From positions 259,282 to 323,281 of the forward strand of contig JAITVV010000095.1 of assembly GCA_031285625.1 (NCBI GenBank): a DNA stretch of 64,000 nt. Reading direction: 5' to 3'. Source of the stretch: Prevotella sp. (lineage in GTDB: Bacteria > Bacteroidota > Bacteroidia > Bacteroidales > Dysgonomonadaceae). A program made the translations under genes and the position numbers. Shown in pieces: positions 1 to 10,614 of the stretch (position 1 is its first letter; each line of letters opens with the position of its first letter). The notes beneath the pieces are model-generated. The model saw nothing but the letters and a program-made list of their open reading frames with translations, was not told where the DNA came from and did no database searches.

Positions 1-19
1 TTTTCATGTTATAATAATA

Positions 20-718
20 CTACAATGCAGCAAACAACTGATGTACAATAGGGATAAGCAAAGCCGTCATAACTCCCATAAGCCCGATTGCCAGGCCACT
101 GAGAGCACCTTCTATTACACCCATCTCCATAGCTTTGGCTGTGCCCACACCGTGTGCTGAAGCTCCCATAGCCAAACCTTTGGCTACACTGCTTTTAATA
201 CCAAGCAGGCGTAGTATCGGAGGTCCTACAATACTACCGAATATACCACAAAACAAAACAATAACAGCAGTAAGTGATACATTTCCGCCCGATTGTTCGG
301 CAATACTCATAGCAATAGGAGTAGTGACGGATTTTGGTTCGAGGCTGTGGATCAGCATTTCATCTGCACCTGTTATTTTAGCCAGCAGGATAACACTCAT
401 TATACCCACTATGCTTCCCATAAAGATGGATGTAAGAATGGATACGACATTCCCCTTGAGGTATGACAGCTGCTCATACAAAACATATCCTAATGCCACT
501 ACGGATGGTCCCAGCATAAAACTTACAAACTGGCTGCCTTGCTCGAATGTTTTATAATCAATACCCGTAACTTTCAGGAAAATGATAATAATAGCAATGG
601 CAATAATAAGAGGGTGCAGCAACCCCAGTTTTGTCTTTTTGAAAACCCATTGCCCAAACAGATAACTACCGAATATAAGCAACAGGATAAACTCGGTGGA
701 TTCAAATAATGTCCTCAT
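20..718 (-). CDS. lrgB: LrgB/CidB family membrane protein
   Basis: Hydrophobic 232 aa with PKSVTTPIAM and GASAHGVGTA motifs; overlaps the upstream CidA/LrgA gene. Confidence 0.9.
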   Translation of the reverse strand: MRTLFESTEFILLLIFGSYLFGQWVFKKTKLGLLHPLIIAIAIIIIFLKVTGIDYKTFEQGSQFVSFMLGPSVVALGYVLYEQLSYLKGNVVSILTSIFMGSIVGIMSVILLAKITGADEMLIHSLEPKSVTTPIAMSIAEQSGGNVSLTAVIVLFCGIFGSIVGPPILRLLGIKSSVAKGLAMGASAHGVGTAKAMEMGVIEGALSGLAIGLMGVMTALLIPIVHQLFAAL

Positions 719-1062
719 CTTTTCTTTCCCTCCATCCGTTGTTGAACAATAGCAACCACCACAATCACCAGAATAGTACTCACCGAACAGATAATAAGGA
801 TAGACATCCAGAATTTACTGATCAGCCCGTAAGAGCCCAACAGTCCGGCTCCAGCAGGAATAAAGAAAATAGCCATATTGCGGGTAAAGGCATTGGCCAC
901 ATCTTGCACATAATCTGGTTTGATAGCTTTGAAGTAGAGACTGAGGAATAATAAGATCATTCCGATAATACTTCCGGGCACAAAACCGCTCATCAGGTAG
1001 CTGATTCCCTGTCCCAGAAAATAAAACAGAAGAATGATAAAGATACCTTTTACCATTTTCAT
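715..1062 (-). CDS. CidA/LrgA family holin-like protein
   Basis: 115 aa, about 4 TM, PGSIIGMILLF and FFIPAGAG motifs; paired with lrgB. Confidence 0.88.
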   Translation of the reverse strand: MKMVKGIFIILLFYFLGQGISYLMSGFVPGSIIGMILLFLSLYFKAIKPDYVQDVANAFTRNMAIFFIPAGAGLLGSYGLISKFWMSILIICSVSTILVIVVVAIVQQRMEGKKR

Positions 1063-1398
1063 ATTCGCAAATTTTTAATAGTGAAGCTCACATATCACTA
1101 TAGTCACTTCACACGATAACCTTCTTCTAATTAACCTGAGTGCAAAGGTAGATGTTTTTTTTGTTACTGATGAGGTTTAGTGTTTTTTTATTATGAATGT
1201 TTATACTGCTTTGTCATCTTGTATGCACAACTGTCGATAAATTAAACTTTTGCTTCATTTTATAGAATGTTTTTCAACTACAGATTCGTATTATTCTTTA
1301 TTTTCACCCTATATTTGGGCTTTGTCCTAAAGTATACTCGTTAATGAGTGTTTATATGGATGTTGACGGAGAGCAAGGAGATTGATTTTATAACTGAT

Positions 1399-2097
1399 AT
1401 GGAAAACAAGCAAAAACTAAATATAAAAGACTGGGCCGAAGAAGACCGCCCCCGCGAGAAAATGTTGCTGAAAGGTGTAGCTGCGCTATCCGATGCCGAG
1501 TTGCTGGGTATCCTCATCGGATCGGGAAACAAAAACGAAACAGCTGTAGAATTAGCACAACGGATACTTCACAGTGCGGGTAATAACCTCAACGTCTTGG
1601 GAAAGCTTGAGATAAAAGACCTTATCAAAAACTTTAACGGGATAGGAGAAGCCAAAGCAATAACTATTGTGGCTGCTCTGGAACTTGGCAAACGACGAAA
1701 ACTGTCCGAAGCAGTTACACAGCCTCAGATCACTTCCAGCGAGAGTGTTTATCAGATATTTCATCCCATACTGGCAGACCTCAAACACGAAGAAGTCTGG
1801 GTATTGCTACTCAACAGAGCCAATAAAGTGCTAAAAAAGATACAAGTAAGTAAAGGTGGCGTAGCCGGAACTGTAGTCGATATCCGCATGATTATGAAAG
1901 AGGCGATAGACTCCCTGGCATCAGCCATGATTCTTTGCCACAATCATCCGTCCGGCAACTCACAACCCAGCGGAGATGACGATCAGATTACAAAACGGCT
2001 CAAAGAGGCCGGTTACCTGATGGATATCCGCCTGCTAGATCATGTTATCGTTTGCGATCACTCCTATTATAGCTATATGGACAAAGGAAAATTATAA
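1399..2097 (+). CDS. radC: RadC family JAB-domain protein
   Basis: DRPREK N-terminus, HhH GIGEAKA, JAB motif HNHPSG..S..D, LLDHVIV; start set at MENKQK. Confidence 0.93.
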   Translation: MENKQKLNIKDWAEEDRPREKMLLKGVAALSDAELLGILIGSGNKNETAVELAQRILHSAGNNLNVLGKLEIKDLIKNFNGIGEAKAITIVAALELGKRRKLSEAVTQPQITSSESVYQIFHPILADLKHEEVWVLLLNRANKVLKKIQVSKGGVAGTVVDIRMIMKEAIDSLASAMILCHNHPSGNSQPSGDDDQITKRLKEAGYLMDIRLLDHVIVCDHSYYSYMDKGKL

Positions 2098-2098
2098 G

Positions 2099-2662
2099 AT
2101 GAGACTAACAGCCATTATATTATTATTCACTATTTCAATGTCCTTTTACGGACAAGCCGTGTTTCTGGACGATGAAGAATCGGAATGCATCTTTATCGGC
2201 AGTGTTTCAGATACCTCAGTAAAAGTATGGAACAAAAACAAAGAAGCTATTGAGTGGAAAACCATAGCACAGATCGGGCTATGGGATCATTTACAATCCA
2301 CAGCCTTTACTTCAACAGTATTTGATGCAGGGCTTTCTTTCCATGCCGAAGGAGATGAACCGTTCTGGGGAGCAGAGATCAAAAGAGATTCCTTAATATT
2401 TGTAGATCCCGATACGGGCAACAAAGTTTCCTATAAACTTAAAATAGATGTTAACGACTTTATAGATAACAGTTTCTCATTTATGTTCAGCTGCAATGAT
2501 GAAAACATCTATGGCTTGGTAAGGGGATACTCCTATTATCCAAAAGAATTGAGAGTATGCGAACTCTGTATTTGTGAAGAAACATCTCTATACGAAGTAT
2601 TCATCATTTACAAAGGACATCTGTATAAAGGGTGTGCCAAAATAGAAACAACCAATAGGTAA
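2099..2662 (+). CDS. Hypothetical secreted protein
   Basis: Signal peptide MRLTAIILLF; GDEPFW motif and C-terminal YKGCA as in COG3650-like proteins. Confidence 0.6.
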   Translation: MRLTAIILLFTISMSFYGQAVFLDDEESECIFIGSVSDTSVKVWNKNKEAIEWKTIAQIGLWDHLQSTAFTSTVFDAGLSFHAEGDEPFWGAEIKRDSLIFVDPDTGNKVSYKLKIDVNDFIDNSFSFMFSCNDENIYGLVRGYSYYPKELRVCELCICEETSLYEVFIIYKGHLYKGCAKIETTNR

Positions 2663-2831
2663 CCGGATGTGTTAAAACATTCTCTTTTTGACAAGTATAT
2701 CAATCTTTAAATATAAACCGTCAAATAAGCATACCATTACCAAATAAAAATTCTATATTTGTAACTGATCTTAACAGAGATGCTCCGTGCCGGAGATAAA
2801 CTTAACAAATGCCTGAAAAAATTAACTTATT

Positions 2832-3644
2832 ATGAAAAAATTATTTTATTTATTCTTCACAGTTCTTCTGTTGGCCGGTTTCGTATCATGTAGTGACGAC
2901 GATGATAATAGCATAAAATTTTATGTTGCCGAATCTTACAATGCAGAGGGCACTCCTAATCTGGTACTGGCAGAATCTTTGTCTGCAAATATAGGTTCGG
3001 GTCGCGATATTTATATCAAAGGAGGAAACGGAACTTATACTGTTACCTCAGACAATGATAATATAGCTGTTGTAGAACCGTATGCTGAGGTATCGAATAC
3101 ATTTTTCATTTCTACAAAAAAGGAATTAGGATCTACTACAATCCGGGTTAAAGATGGTAACAATATTCAGGCCTCGATTACTATATCTGTAAACCGCTAT
3201 AAAATACAATATTCGGTAGCAGAAGCTTATACATATATTGAACTGAAAGAAGGAATTACTCTGGATGAGAATATAAAGAAAGAAATAGAAGATGAAATAG
3301 CAGAGCGTGTAATCCCTGTTGGTAATGCATTAACTTTAACATACGACAAACCGGGGTCGGGAGACCTGAGTATTACTAAAAGCGGTACTTCGGTGTATAC
3401 AGGAACTTTTATCGAAACAAAAAATGAAGAGAAAAGTTGGTTTAATATTGATGCAAAATATAACAATAACGAATTCCACTATCTTGTTACAAGACTTGAA
3501 AATCTGATTAAAAAGTCTACAGGTCCTGTTTATTTAGATCTGGTAGAAGATATGACAGATGTGTATAAGGAAAAATATCCGGATGCAAATCTGACAAAAG
3601 TATATGCAGTAATGAATGTTCTGTATACTTATAATCCTCAGTAA
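2832..3644 (+). CDS. Lipoprotein with Ig-like domain
   Basis: Lipobox FVSC followed by SDDDD; GGNGTYTVTS Ig-like signature. Confidence 0.75.
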   Translation: MKKLFYLFFTVLLLAGFVSCSDDDDNSIKFYVAESYNAEGTPNLVLAESLSANIGSGRDIYIKGGNGTYTVTSDNDNIAVVEPYAEVSNTFFISTKKELGSTTIRVKDGNNIQASITISVNRYKIQYSVAEAYTYIELKEGITLDENIKKEIEDEIAERVIPVGNALTLTYDKPGSGDLSITKSGTSVYTGTFIETKNEEKSWFNIDAKYNNNEFHYLVTRLENLIKKSTGPVYLDLVEDMTDVYKEKYPDANLTKVYAVMNVLYTYNPQ

Positions 3645-3789
3645 TTTAAGTTTAGTTACTATATATTGTTAGGAACACAACTTTACGGCTTGTGTCGGAA
3701 AATGTAGCTTGTTTGACTATATATCGAAAATTTAGTACGTAAACAATCAACCTTCCGGCACAAGTTTGCTATACAAAGAGATAACAGAA

Positions 3790-4242
3790 ATGGAAAAAAC
3801 AGCCTCCCAAATACAGAAAGAACGAATAGAAGAAATAGAGCATAGAGCTTCACAATTATTAGATAAATGCAATACGGTAACACTTGCCTCGATCAACGAA
3901 AATGGCTACCCGCGCATATGTGCCATATCGAAGATAAGATCGAATGGTTTTAAGGAGATTTACTTTATCACCTCTAAACGATCGAAATATAATGGCAAAA
4001 TGACACACTTTGAGAATAATCCCAAAGCCAGTGTTTGTTACTTCTTCGAAGGAGATAGTGTAAGCCTTATCGGCAATATTGAGATAATAAAAGATACAGA
4101 ATTGCAAAGCCAGCTCTGGCGCGAATCCGACAGGCGTTTCTTTAGTAAAGGTATAGAAGATCCTAAGTTCAGGCTATTACGCTTCCGCACTATAGAGGCT
4201 ACCTTTTGGATAGAAGGAAAGTTCAGAACATGTAAGTATTAA
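3790..4242 (+). CDS. Pyridoxamine 5'-phosphate oxidase family / general stress protein
   Basis: TLASINENGYP and NPKASVC motifs of the FMN split-barrel family. Confidence 0.8.
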   Translation: MEKTASQIQKERIEEIEHRASQLLDKCNTVTLASINENGYPRICAISKIRSNGFKEIYFITSKRSKYNGKMTHFENNPKASVCYFFEGDSVSLIGNIEIIKDTELQSQLWRESDRRFFSKGIEDPKFRLLRFRTIEATFWIEGKFRTCKY

Positions 4243-4261
4243 CATGTAATTGAACTCGCAA

Positions 4262-5551
4262 CTACTTCTCTATCTTAAAAAACATTTTTCTGAAATTGAA
4301 GATCACTTTATCAAACTTATTGATAAAGTCTGTGCCAAGTGTACCATCACGTTCTCCTATCATCAGCGGTTCGGTAAGTACTGTAACATTAGGTAATATA
4401 CAATGGGTATTGGCTATCGACAGGGTAAACTCTGGTATCTTATACGATGGTATGCGCTTAGCACCGCCAAATCCACCGATACCTATCGAATCTTTTTTAC
4501 CGGTAGATTCTACCTGTTGTTTGTTTTCGTTGTAATATTTTGCTGACAGGATGATACCACCACCAGTATCGAAGTGAAACTGTAGCTTTTTATTATCCGC
4601 TGTAGCTTCAATATATGGTTGCCCGTTGAGGAGCACAAGATTCCTCCCAGTGGGCGGAACATCCGATTCTTTAGCCGGAAATACAATTTTCCGTTCTTTT
4701 GGGTAAATCTGGAATTCCCCTATCTGGTCCATAAAATATCGTCCCAGCACAGCACTAACACGCCCGATAACGCTATCCTTATAGGTGATCTCGGCTTTGT
4801 CTGCAACCAGAAACGATATATTCTTATACACAATATCCCCGATTTTAAGACTGTCTACGAAGCCTATCTTGGTATACGCCGAATGAGTTACTCCTCCTGT
4901 AAGTATAGAATCTCCAATAATACGTATACCGTTCTCTTTTGCGAAATCCATGGATACAAACCCCTGGCTGTCTGCTCCGGTATCGAAGATAAAAGGTGAT
5001 TGTTTACCATTTATTTCAACATCTATCCTAATCTGGTTTATCGTATCTTTTAAGATTGGAATCGTACAATCTTTATCGGGCCTGATAATTTCACTTTTGG
5101 GATAGTTTTTGAGTATTTGCGCTTTTTTGTTTAGTTCTCTGAGTGCTGATATGGTCTGTGGCTGGGCATAGGTAATTACATCGGGCTGCCCCAATAAGCC
5201 GCTCAAGGTGTTTGCGGCTTCTGTGTACCTTCCCAGCTTCAGCAGGTTGTTGCTCTGCAGGGCTATCATGCCCAGTATATTCTCAAATCCGAGCTCTGCC
5301 TGTAGGTTCTGGACTATGTAACCAACTGTTTCTACTGCATCTGCCGGATCACTAAATGCATCTTCGAGTAATGCCTTTCCCAGATATTTGAGAGCCGGGT
5401 GAAGGCTGTCTTTTACTAACGGATATTGCCTGTCCAATTCAAAGTAATCGGTATTATTTATCAGTGTACCTATTCTTTCATCAGGGCTTTGACCAAGAAT
5501 ATTCACTGATATGAATATGAAAAACATGAATATAGCAACAGGCTTTCTCAT
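4262..5551 (-). CDS. Secreted aspartyl protease with two retropepsin-like domains
   Basis: Signal peptide; two FDTG motifs (FIFDTGA, FHFDTGG); GTLGTDF. Confidence 0.85.
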   Translation of the reverse strand: MRKPVAIFMFFIFISVNILGQSPDERIGTLINNTDYFELDRQYPLVKDSLHPALKYLGKALLEDAFSDPADAVETVGYIVQNLQAELGFENILGMIALQSNNLLKLGRYTEAANTLSGLLGQPDVITYAQPQTISALRELNKKAQILKNYPKSEIIRPDKDCTIPILKDTINQIRIDVEINGKQSPFIFDTGADSQGFVSMDFAKENGIRIIGDSILTGGVTHSAYTKIGFVDSLKIGDIVYKNISFLVADKAEITYKDSVIGRVSAVLGRYFMDQIGEFQIYPKERKIVFPAKESDVPPTGRNLVLLNGQPYIEATADNKKLQFHFDTGGGIILSAKYYNENKQQVESTGKKDSIGIGGFGGAKRIPSYKIPEFTLSIANTHCILPNVTVLTEPLMIGERDGTLGTDFINKFDKVIFNFRKMFFKIEK

Positions 5552-5652
5552 GATATTTACTTTTATTACTCTAAATTTAGTAAATATTTTAATTCAGAAT
5601 AATAATTTTGTTCTTTTGCCTTAACTTTATACCACTAATATATGATGCTCCG

Positions 5653-6744
5653 ATGACCGACAACAACATACTGCAGTCTAAAACTATAAGCTATCTTCGT
5701 TTTCCGCTGATAGTAGTTGTTGTACTTGCACACTCTTCTCTGGCATCCTTTACCATACAGGGCGAAGATGTAGGTACACAGGCAGTATATCCTGTGTATG
5801 AAGGCATTGGGTATTATATCACCTGGGTATTCGGACAGATTATTATTCCCACCTTCTTTTTTATATCGGGCTTTTTGTTTTTCCTGAAGGTTAAGGAATG
5901 GAATGCAGACGTTTATAAAACCAAAATGAAACGACGCTTCCGCTCGTTGGTTATCCCCTATCTGTTCTGGAATCTTCTGGCACTCACATTATTCTTCATT
6001 GCCGAAAACCTGCCCTATATCTCCGGTCTTTTTTCGGGCAACTATATGCAGATTAAAGATTATGGCATCAAAGAATTTATGATGGCATTCTGGGTAAAAG
6101 AAGGCGGGGTAGCACAGTCTCCTTTCCTGTACCCGTTTTGGTTTATCCGCGACCTTATCGTTATATCGGCATTGTCTCCTTTGGTATATCTGGTAGTACG
6201 TTATCTCAAATTAGTTGGCCTGGCAGTATTGTTTACTTTATGGTATTTCGACGCGTTTAATATCACCGGGTTGGGTACGGCAGGTATTTTCTTTTTTTCA
6301 GCAGGAGCATATCTGGGACTCAATAAGATAAACCTCATCACCTTATTCAATAAGCTGTATTATCCTTCTATGTTTTATCCGACACTATCTGTTATTGTTT
6401 TGATTACCAGAGATTATTGGTTCAATCAGTATATCCACTATATTGGTATCCTGCTTGGTATTATATTCATATTCAATATCGCTTCGTCTGGTATCCGCCA
6501 CAACAAGCTACGTATGCCTGTATTCTTTGCCAATGCCAGCTTCTTTGTATATGCCACCCACGAGCCCTGGTTGCTGCTGATAAAGAAGTTTTCTTTCTAT
6601 ATATTTCAGCCTTCTGCAGAAGTCTCTTACATTCTGCTGTTTATCGTTCCTGCCCTGCTTATAATAGGGCTGTCACTGGCTGCTTATTATATCATGAGTA
6701 AGTATATGCCCCGTTTTTTGAATATAGTAACGGGAGGTCGCTAA
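5653..6744 (+). CDS. Acyltransferase family 3 (O-acyltransferase) membrane protein
   Basis: LRFPLIVVVVLAHS, FFFISGFLFF, KRRFRSLVIPYLFW, WFIRDL motifs; polytopic. Confidence 0.88.
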   Translation: MTDNNILQSKTISYLRFPLIVVVVLAHSSLASFTIQGEDVGTQAVYPVYEGIGYYITWVFGQIIIPTFFFISGFLFFLKVKEWNADVYKTKMKRRFRSLVIPYLFWNLLALTLFFIAENLPYISGLFSGNYMQIKDYGIKEFMMAFWVKEGGVAQSPFLYPFWFIRDLIVISALSPLVYLVVRYLKLVGLAVLFTLWYFDAFNITGLGTAGIFFFSAGAYLGLNKINLITLFNKLYYPSMFYPTLSVIVLITRDYWFNQYIHYIGILLGIIFIFNIASSGIRHNKLRMPVFFANASFFVYATHEPWLLLIKKFSFYIFQPSAEVSYILLFIVPALLIIGLSLAAYYIMSKYMPRFLNIVTGGR

Positions 6745-6809
6745 TCGGTATTAAAAACGATAAATAAAAACTTCTATTTCTTTTAACTGCGCGCAATCAC
6801 AGATTGCTT

Positions 6810-7230
6810 ACCTTCCTTTTGGCCTAAGCCCCAAAAGGAAGCAAAAATGCTTTTGTGCCACACTTCGTCAGCCGACCCGTTAACGTGTCCAACAGCTAAA
6901 CGGAAGAAATACTTATGCTCTGATAACCTTCCGTTTTTTTAGCTGTTGAACCCGACAGGTGCCCGTCTGAGAAGTAAACGGCACTAGCTACCGCACAACA
7001 AGGATTTCACTCTTTCACTTATTGTCGCTTTGCGTTTTCGGCCTCTGTTCCACAGGCGGGATACCCAATCCGCGAGTGGAGGCGTAGAGCAAAATACGAA
7101 CGTTGTTATGCGGTACTGATGATAGATCGAAAGATGGCTCCGTATTTATTTTGCTCAGCCGTAACTGCGGTTTTGGGTCGCCGAGGAATAAAGCCTTGAT
7201 TTTTGTAACTTTTTATCAAGAAAAAGTTAA
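6810..7230. repeat. Highly structured intergenic element (MITE-like or ncRNA)
   Basis: GC-richer than flanks, no long ORF; stems CTTCCTTTTGG/CCAAAAGGAAG (6812-6841), AACAGCTAAA-CGGAAG/CTTCCG-TTTAGCTGTT, GAGCAAAATA/TATTTTGCTC, AACTTTTT/AAAAAGTT. Confidence 0.55.
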
Positions 7231-7312
7231 TAAAATAGAACGTTTTTATATTCAACTGCTAGTATTATTTATCTAAAACTGTCAAGTGAAAAATACAAAA
7301 TTATCTTATTGT

Positions 7313-7591
7313 ATGAATACATTAATGATAATAATAATCCTGCTTGCATCTGTAGTTGCATCCCTGTATTGGGGAATAGTACTGTCTGTAAAACTCCCTT
7401 TGTGGGACAGGCGGTTCAATCGCAAACCATTCAATTGCAGGCCTTGCCTGACATTTCATCTGGTTGCGACATCCGGCAGCTTGTTTGCTCTATTGTTACT
7501 ATCGGTAGAACTATTTCTGGCAGGTATTGCAACAGCTTTCACCGTATTTTTCATTGTAAGATATATTGATAATAAAAAAGTAATAAAATGA
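7313..7591 (+). CDS. Phage-like membrane protein with KPFNCxxC motif
   Basis: About 3 TM with RKPFNCRPCLTF; first of three coupled genes ending in terS. Confidence 0.6.
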   Translation: MNTLMIIIILLASVVASLYWGIVLSVKLPLWDRRFNRKPFNCRPCLTFHLVATSGSLFALLLLSVELFLAGIATAFTVFFIVRYIDNKKVIK

Positions 7592-7872
7592 GCAACGCAT
7601 TAGTAACAGAAGTAAAAAAACTCATTCGGGAGGTAGACAAAACACATCGTTATTCAATGAGCCGTATTTATGGGCTGTACAACGAAGTATTTGATAAGGA
7701 TGAAGAACCACAGTCGTGTGCCAGCTGCCTGATACGCAAGGTAAAAGAGCTCAGGCTGTGGCTGGAAAACAACAGCGGACAGGAAACTGCCGAAGATATT
7801 GAAACTTCAGCCCAACCGAAAGAAAAGAAAGCACAGAAAACAAAAAAGAGTCGTACCGGAAAAGAACAATAA
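7588..7872 (+). CDS. Phage-like hypothetical protein (YNEVF...SCASC)
   Basis: Overlaps both neighbours; CxxC motif of the type I recall upstream of terminase genes in Bacteroidetes phages. Confidence 0.6.
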   Translation: MSNALVTEVKKLIREVDKTHRYSMSRIYGLYNEVFDKDEEPQSCASCLIRKVKELRLWLENNSGQETAEDIETSAQPKEKKAQKTKKSRTGKEQ

Positions 7873-8357
7873 TGGCACGTGGACAAAAAAAATGTTATAC
7901 CAACAGGGGCTGTGACGGCGAGGAACTGATATATCAGCAGCCTAAAGACTTGCTGTCACAGGCTTACAAATATTTTGACTGGTGCAACGACAATCCCTGG
8001 CATAAGCAGGAACTGATAAAGTCGGGTACCAGAGCCGGGGAACTTATTGGGATACCGATTGTCCGGCCATATACACTGGAGGGACTGTGTGTATTCTGCG
8101 GGATAAGTACCGGTACCTTCTGCCATTATGAAGAAAGAGAAGATTTTGTTGCAGTGACAACACATCTGCAGGAGATCATCCGTCAAAACCAGATTGAGGG
8201 AGAATGTATAGGAGCATACAATACTGCAGTTATAAACAAAATACAGGGATTAGCTGACAAACAGGAAGTAAATATGCCTACAGGACTGACCATAAATGTG
8301 ATTTCGCCTGAGGCCAAAGACAATCTGGAAGCACTTAAAGAATCCCTGTCCAAGTAA
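7872..8357 (+). CDS. Terminase small subunit (P22 gp3-like DNA-packaging protein)
   Basis: AYKYFDWCNDNPW, RPYTLEGLCVFCGIS, GAYN...GLADKQEV resemble the GP3_package family. Confidence 0.82.
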   Translation: MARGQKKCYTNRGCDGEELIYQQPKDLLSQAYKYFDWCNDNPWHKQELIKSGTRAGELIGIPIVRPYTLEGLCVFCGISTGTFCHYEEREDFVAVTTHLQEIIRQNQIEGECIGAYNTAVINKIQGLADKQEVNMPTGLTINVISPEAKDNLEALKESLSK

Positions 8358-8805
8358 TAATAAAGTTTGCCGATGCGATGATGATACTTAACAAATACAA
8401 AAGCCGGTTCTTTTTCATATTGGGATATAAGATTTACAAAGATTTATAACTTACTGCTCTTTTTCCATGAAGGCTCTCCATATTTTTTGATCTTATTAGC
8501 AGCTCTCTTTTTTAATATTAAAGCTCTTTGAACCAGAGCACAAACAAACCTGAGGGCAACAAGTACTCCCGGTATCCATGCAGATTTATTTCCTTTCATA
8601 ATAAATAGATTTAACTGTTAATCATGCATCACGAACAATGATTAACATATATTTCTGCGGGCAGACAGAAATATATAACAAGTCTTCAACTCAAAGATAT
8701 GGAAAATATTTGTTAAATGGGAATAATATTTTAACTTTGAGCTGTTAAGATTGTGATACTATGAGAGTGTACTCTCTGCGTGAGCAGCTATATTAATACG
8801 GCGAT

Positions 8806-9756
8806 ATGCAAAAGCTTGATTTTGTGCAGCATCTGAGAGTTGTAGTAGATAGATTGGATTCGGAAAGAATTGTTAGCCATTTCGATAATAGTATGGTTCC
8901 CGGTATAGAAGACTACAGTTTTACGGAAGTTACTCCTTTGCTATTTTCATCTAAAGTAAACTACGAAAGTTTATTGTTACAGGATGATTATGCTCTGTTC
9001 CTAAAAGAAATAGGAGCGGATAAGGTGTACAATGAAGATAACCTGGCAAAGGTATCCAGAGCTTTGATTAGAGGCAGCTACTCCGACATATTTAAATCGC
9101 CCCAAACCTTGGAACTGTATATGTTCCATCAACACCTGATCGGGATGCTTGACACTACCTCAAGTTTATTGTTAAACGATCTGGTGAATAAGGGTTTTGA
9201 AACATCTATCAAAGAAGGAGTTCTTCTGTTTCAGGTAGTTATAGATGAAGATTATATAAGCTTCGAAGAATATATACAGATACTGTCCACCCTGCAAGAG
9301 CTGGTAAATGTAACTGGTAAAATACTGATAAACAAAGGAGATGACTATCAGACCGATATCGTACTGCTCGACTCGGGCAGCGATACCAATATAGGTATAC
9401 AGACTTTTGCTGAAATAGCCAAAGCTATATTTTCTATCTTTAAGGAAATATGGGATTATATCACCAATCACGGAATCTATCAGAACGAAAAGAAAAATAA
9501 AGCGTTACTCGAGTCCCTGTCAATAAGAAAAGAAATACAAAAAAATATAAAAGAAGGCATTCTCACCGAAGAGGAAGGCAAAGAATATATGCATTTGGTA
9601 AAAACGCGCACCGATAAGCTTATAGGAATGAAAGTATTGCCGAAACAAATCGTGATGGGAACGCAGACGCAGACACAAACAAACCGTAACCTACTGGAAG
9701 AGTTAAAGATAAAAGGATTCTTAAGTGGTCCGCAAGAAGAGAACAAAGAAGATTGA
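8806..9756 (+). CDS. Hypothetical protein
   Basis: 316-aa ORF, no recognised motif. Confidence 0.6.
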   Translation: MQKLDFVQHLRVVVDRLDSERIVSHFDNSMVPGIEDYSFTEVTPLLFSSKVNYESLLLQDDYALFLKEIGADKVYNEDNLAKVSRALIRGSYSDIFKSPQTLELYMFHQHLIGMLDTTSSLLLNDLVNKGFETSIKEGVLLFQVVIDEDYISFEEYIQILSTLQELVNVTGKILINKGDDYQTDIVLLDSGSDTNIGIQTFAEIAKAIFSIFKEIWDYITNHGIYQNEKKNKALLESLSIRKEIQKNIKEGILTEEEGKEYMHLVKTRTDKLIGMKVLPKQIVMGTQTQTQTNRNLLEELKIKGFLSGPQEENKED

Positions 9757-9771
9757 TATTAATTATTTTAG

Positions 9772-10299
9772 ATGAAGCACGAACTTACATTTTTCTTCTT
9801 ACTTTTTTTATTTTATCTAAGCCCGGCCAGAGCTCAGGATAATAAAACTATGGATGAGCTGCCAAAAGAACTGATATCTGTATGGGATCCTATTACCCGA
9901 GTTCCAGGTATTGCTACTCTGTTTCATTATGGAAGTGAAATATTACTATATCCTAATCCGGTTGTATACGAAACAGGATACACAAATTGTGTATATGCAG
10001 AAACTAAAAACGGTGAATCACACCTTACAAGAAGCAAACATTTCACATACTATATATTGGAAGCTATAGTCAATGCAAGACAAACAAATGAAACAAATAA
10101 AGCAACTATAGCACAGGATTTTACAGAGAAGCTAAGTGGAGCGGAAAGTTCGCTTTCTGCTTATGACGCAAAATTAATTAACAGGCTTATAAACAAGATT
10201 GCCTATGCCAAACAAAAAAGAGCAGACGCAACAATGGACTATGATATCATAGACGCCATTGTAGATAAATGGTATAACGGAATCAGTTCAGAACTGTAA
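9772..10299 (+). CDS. Hypothetical secreted protein
   Basis: Signal peptide ending ARA-Q. Confidence 0.6.
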   Translation: MKHELTFFFLLFLFYLSPARAQDNKTMDELPKELISVWDPITRVPGIATLFHYGSEILLYPNPVVYETGYTNCVYAETKNGESHLTRSKHFTYYILEAIVNARQTNETNKATIAQDFTEKLSGAESSLSAYDAKLINRLINKIAYAKQKRADATMDYDIIDAIVDKWYNGISSEL

Positions 10300-10483
10300 A
10301 CCAGAGTACGAGCGCAAGAATTGCAACAGCCAGAGATGACATGAACAGATATCCACCAAGTCTGTCCAGTGATTTCGTTTTTTGGGGATGACTGTGTTCT
10401 ATAAAGCCCGAGGCAAACCATACCGCAAGGCTTGAGAACAACAGTAGTGAAGTGATAATTATAACTATAAATACGATGTACAT
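10283..10483 (-). CDS. Small two-TM membrane protein
   Basis: 66 aa with two hydrophobic segments. Confidence 0.45.
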   Translation of the reverse strand: MYIVFIVIIITSLLLFSSLAVWFASGFIEHSHPQKTKSLDRLGGYLFMSSLAVAILALVLWFTVLN

Positions 10484-10614
10484 AATTATTGCAATTGTAA
10501 CAATATTATAACACAGCTGTTTATTAATTGTTTTTTTATATAACTATTTTTAATTAAAAACGAGAAAATCAAATAAATAGATAATATCCACAAACTAATT
10601 TACAAACTAATTAG

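Noticed and set aside
20-2097. cidA/lrgB holin-like pair and radC as part of the phage-derived system
   Set aside because: Both are common chromosomal genes; radC is full length; no shared motif or operator was seen upstream.
8380-8600. Short minus-strand ORF remnant (MKGNKSAWIPGVLVAL...)
   Set aside because: Only 34 codons before a stop; no recognisable family, so no call can be supported.
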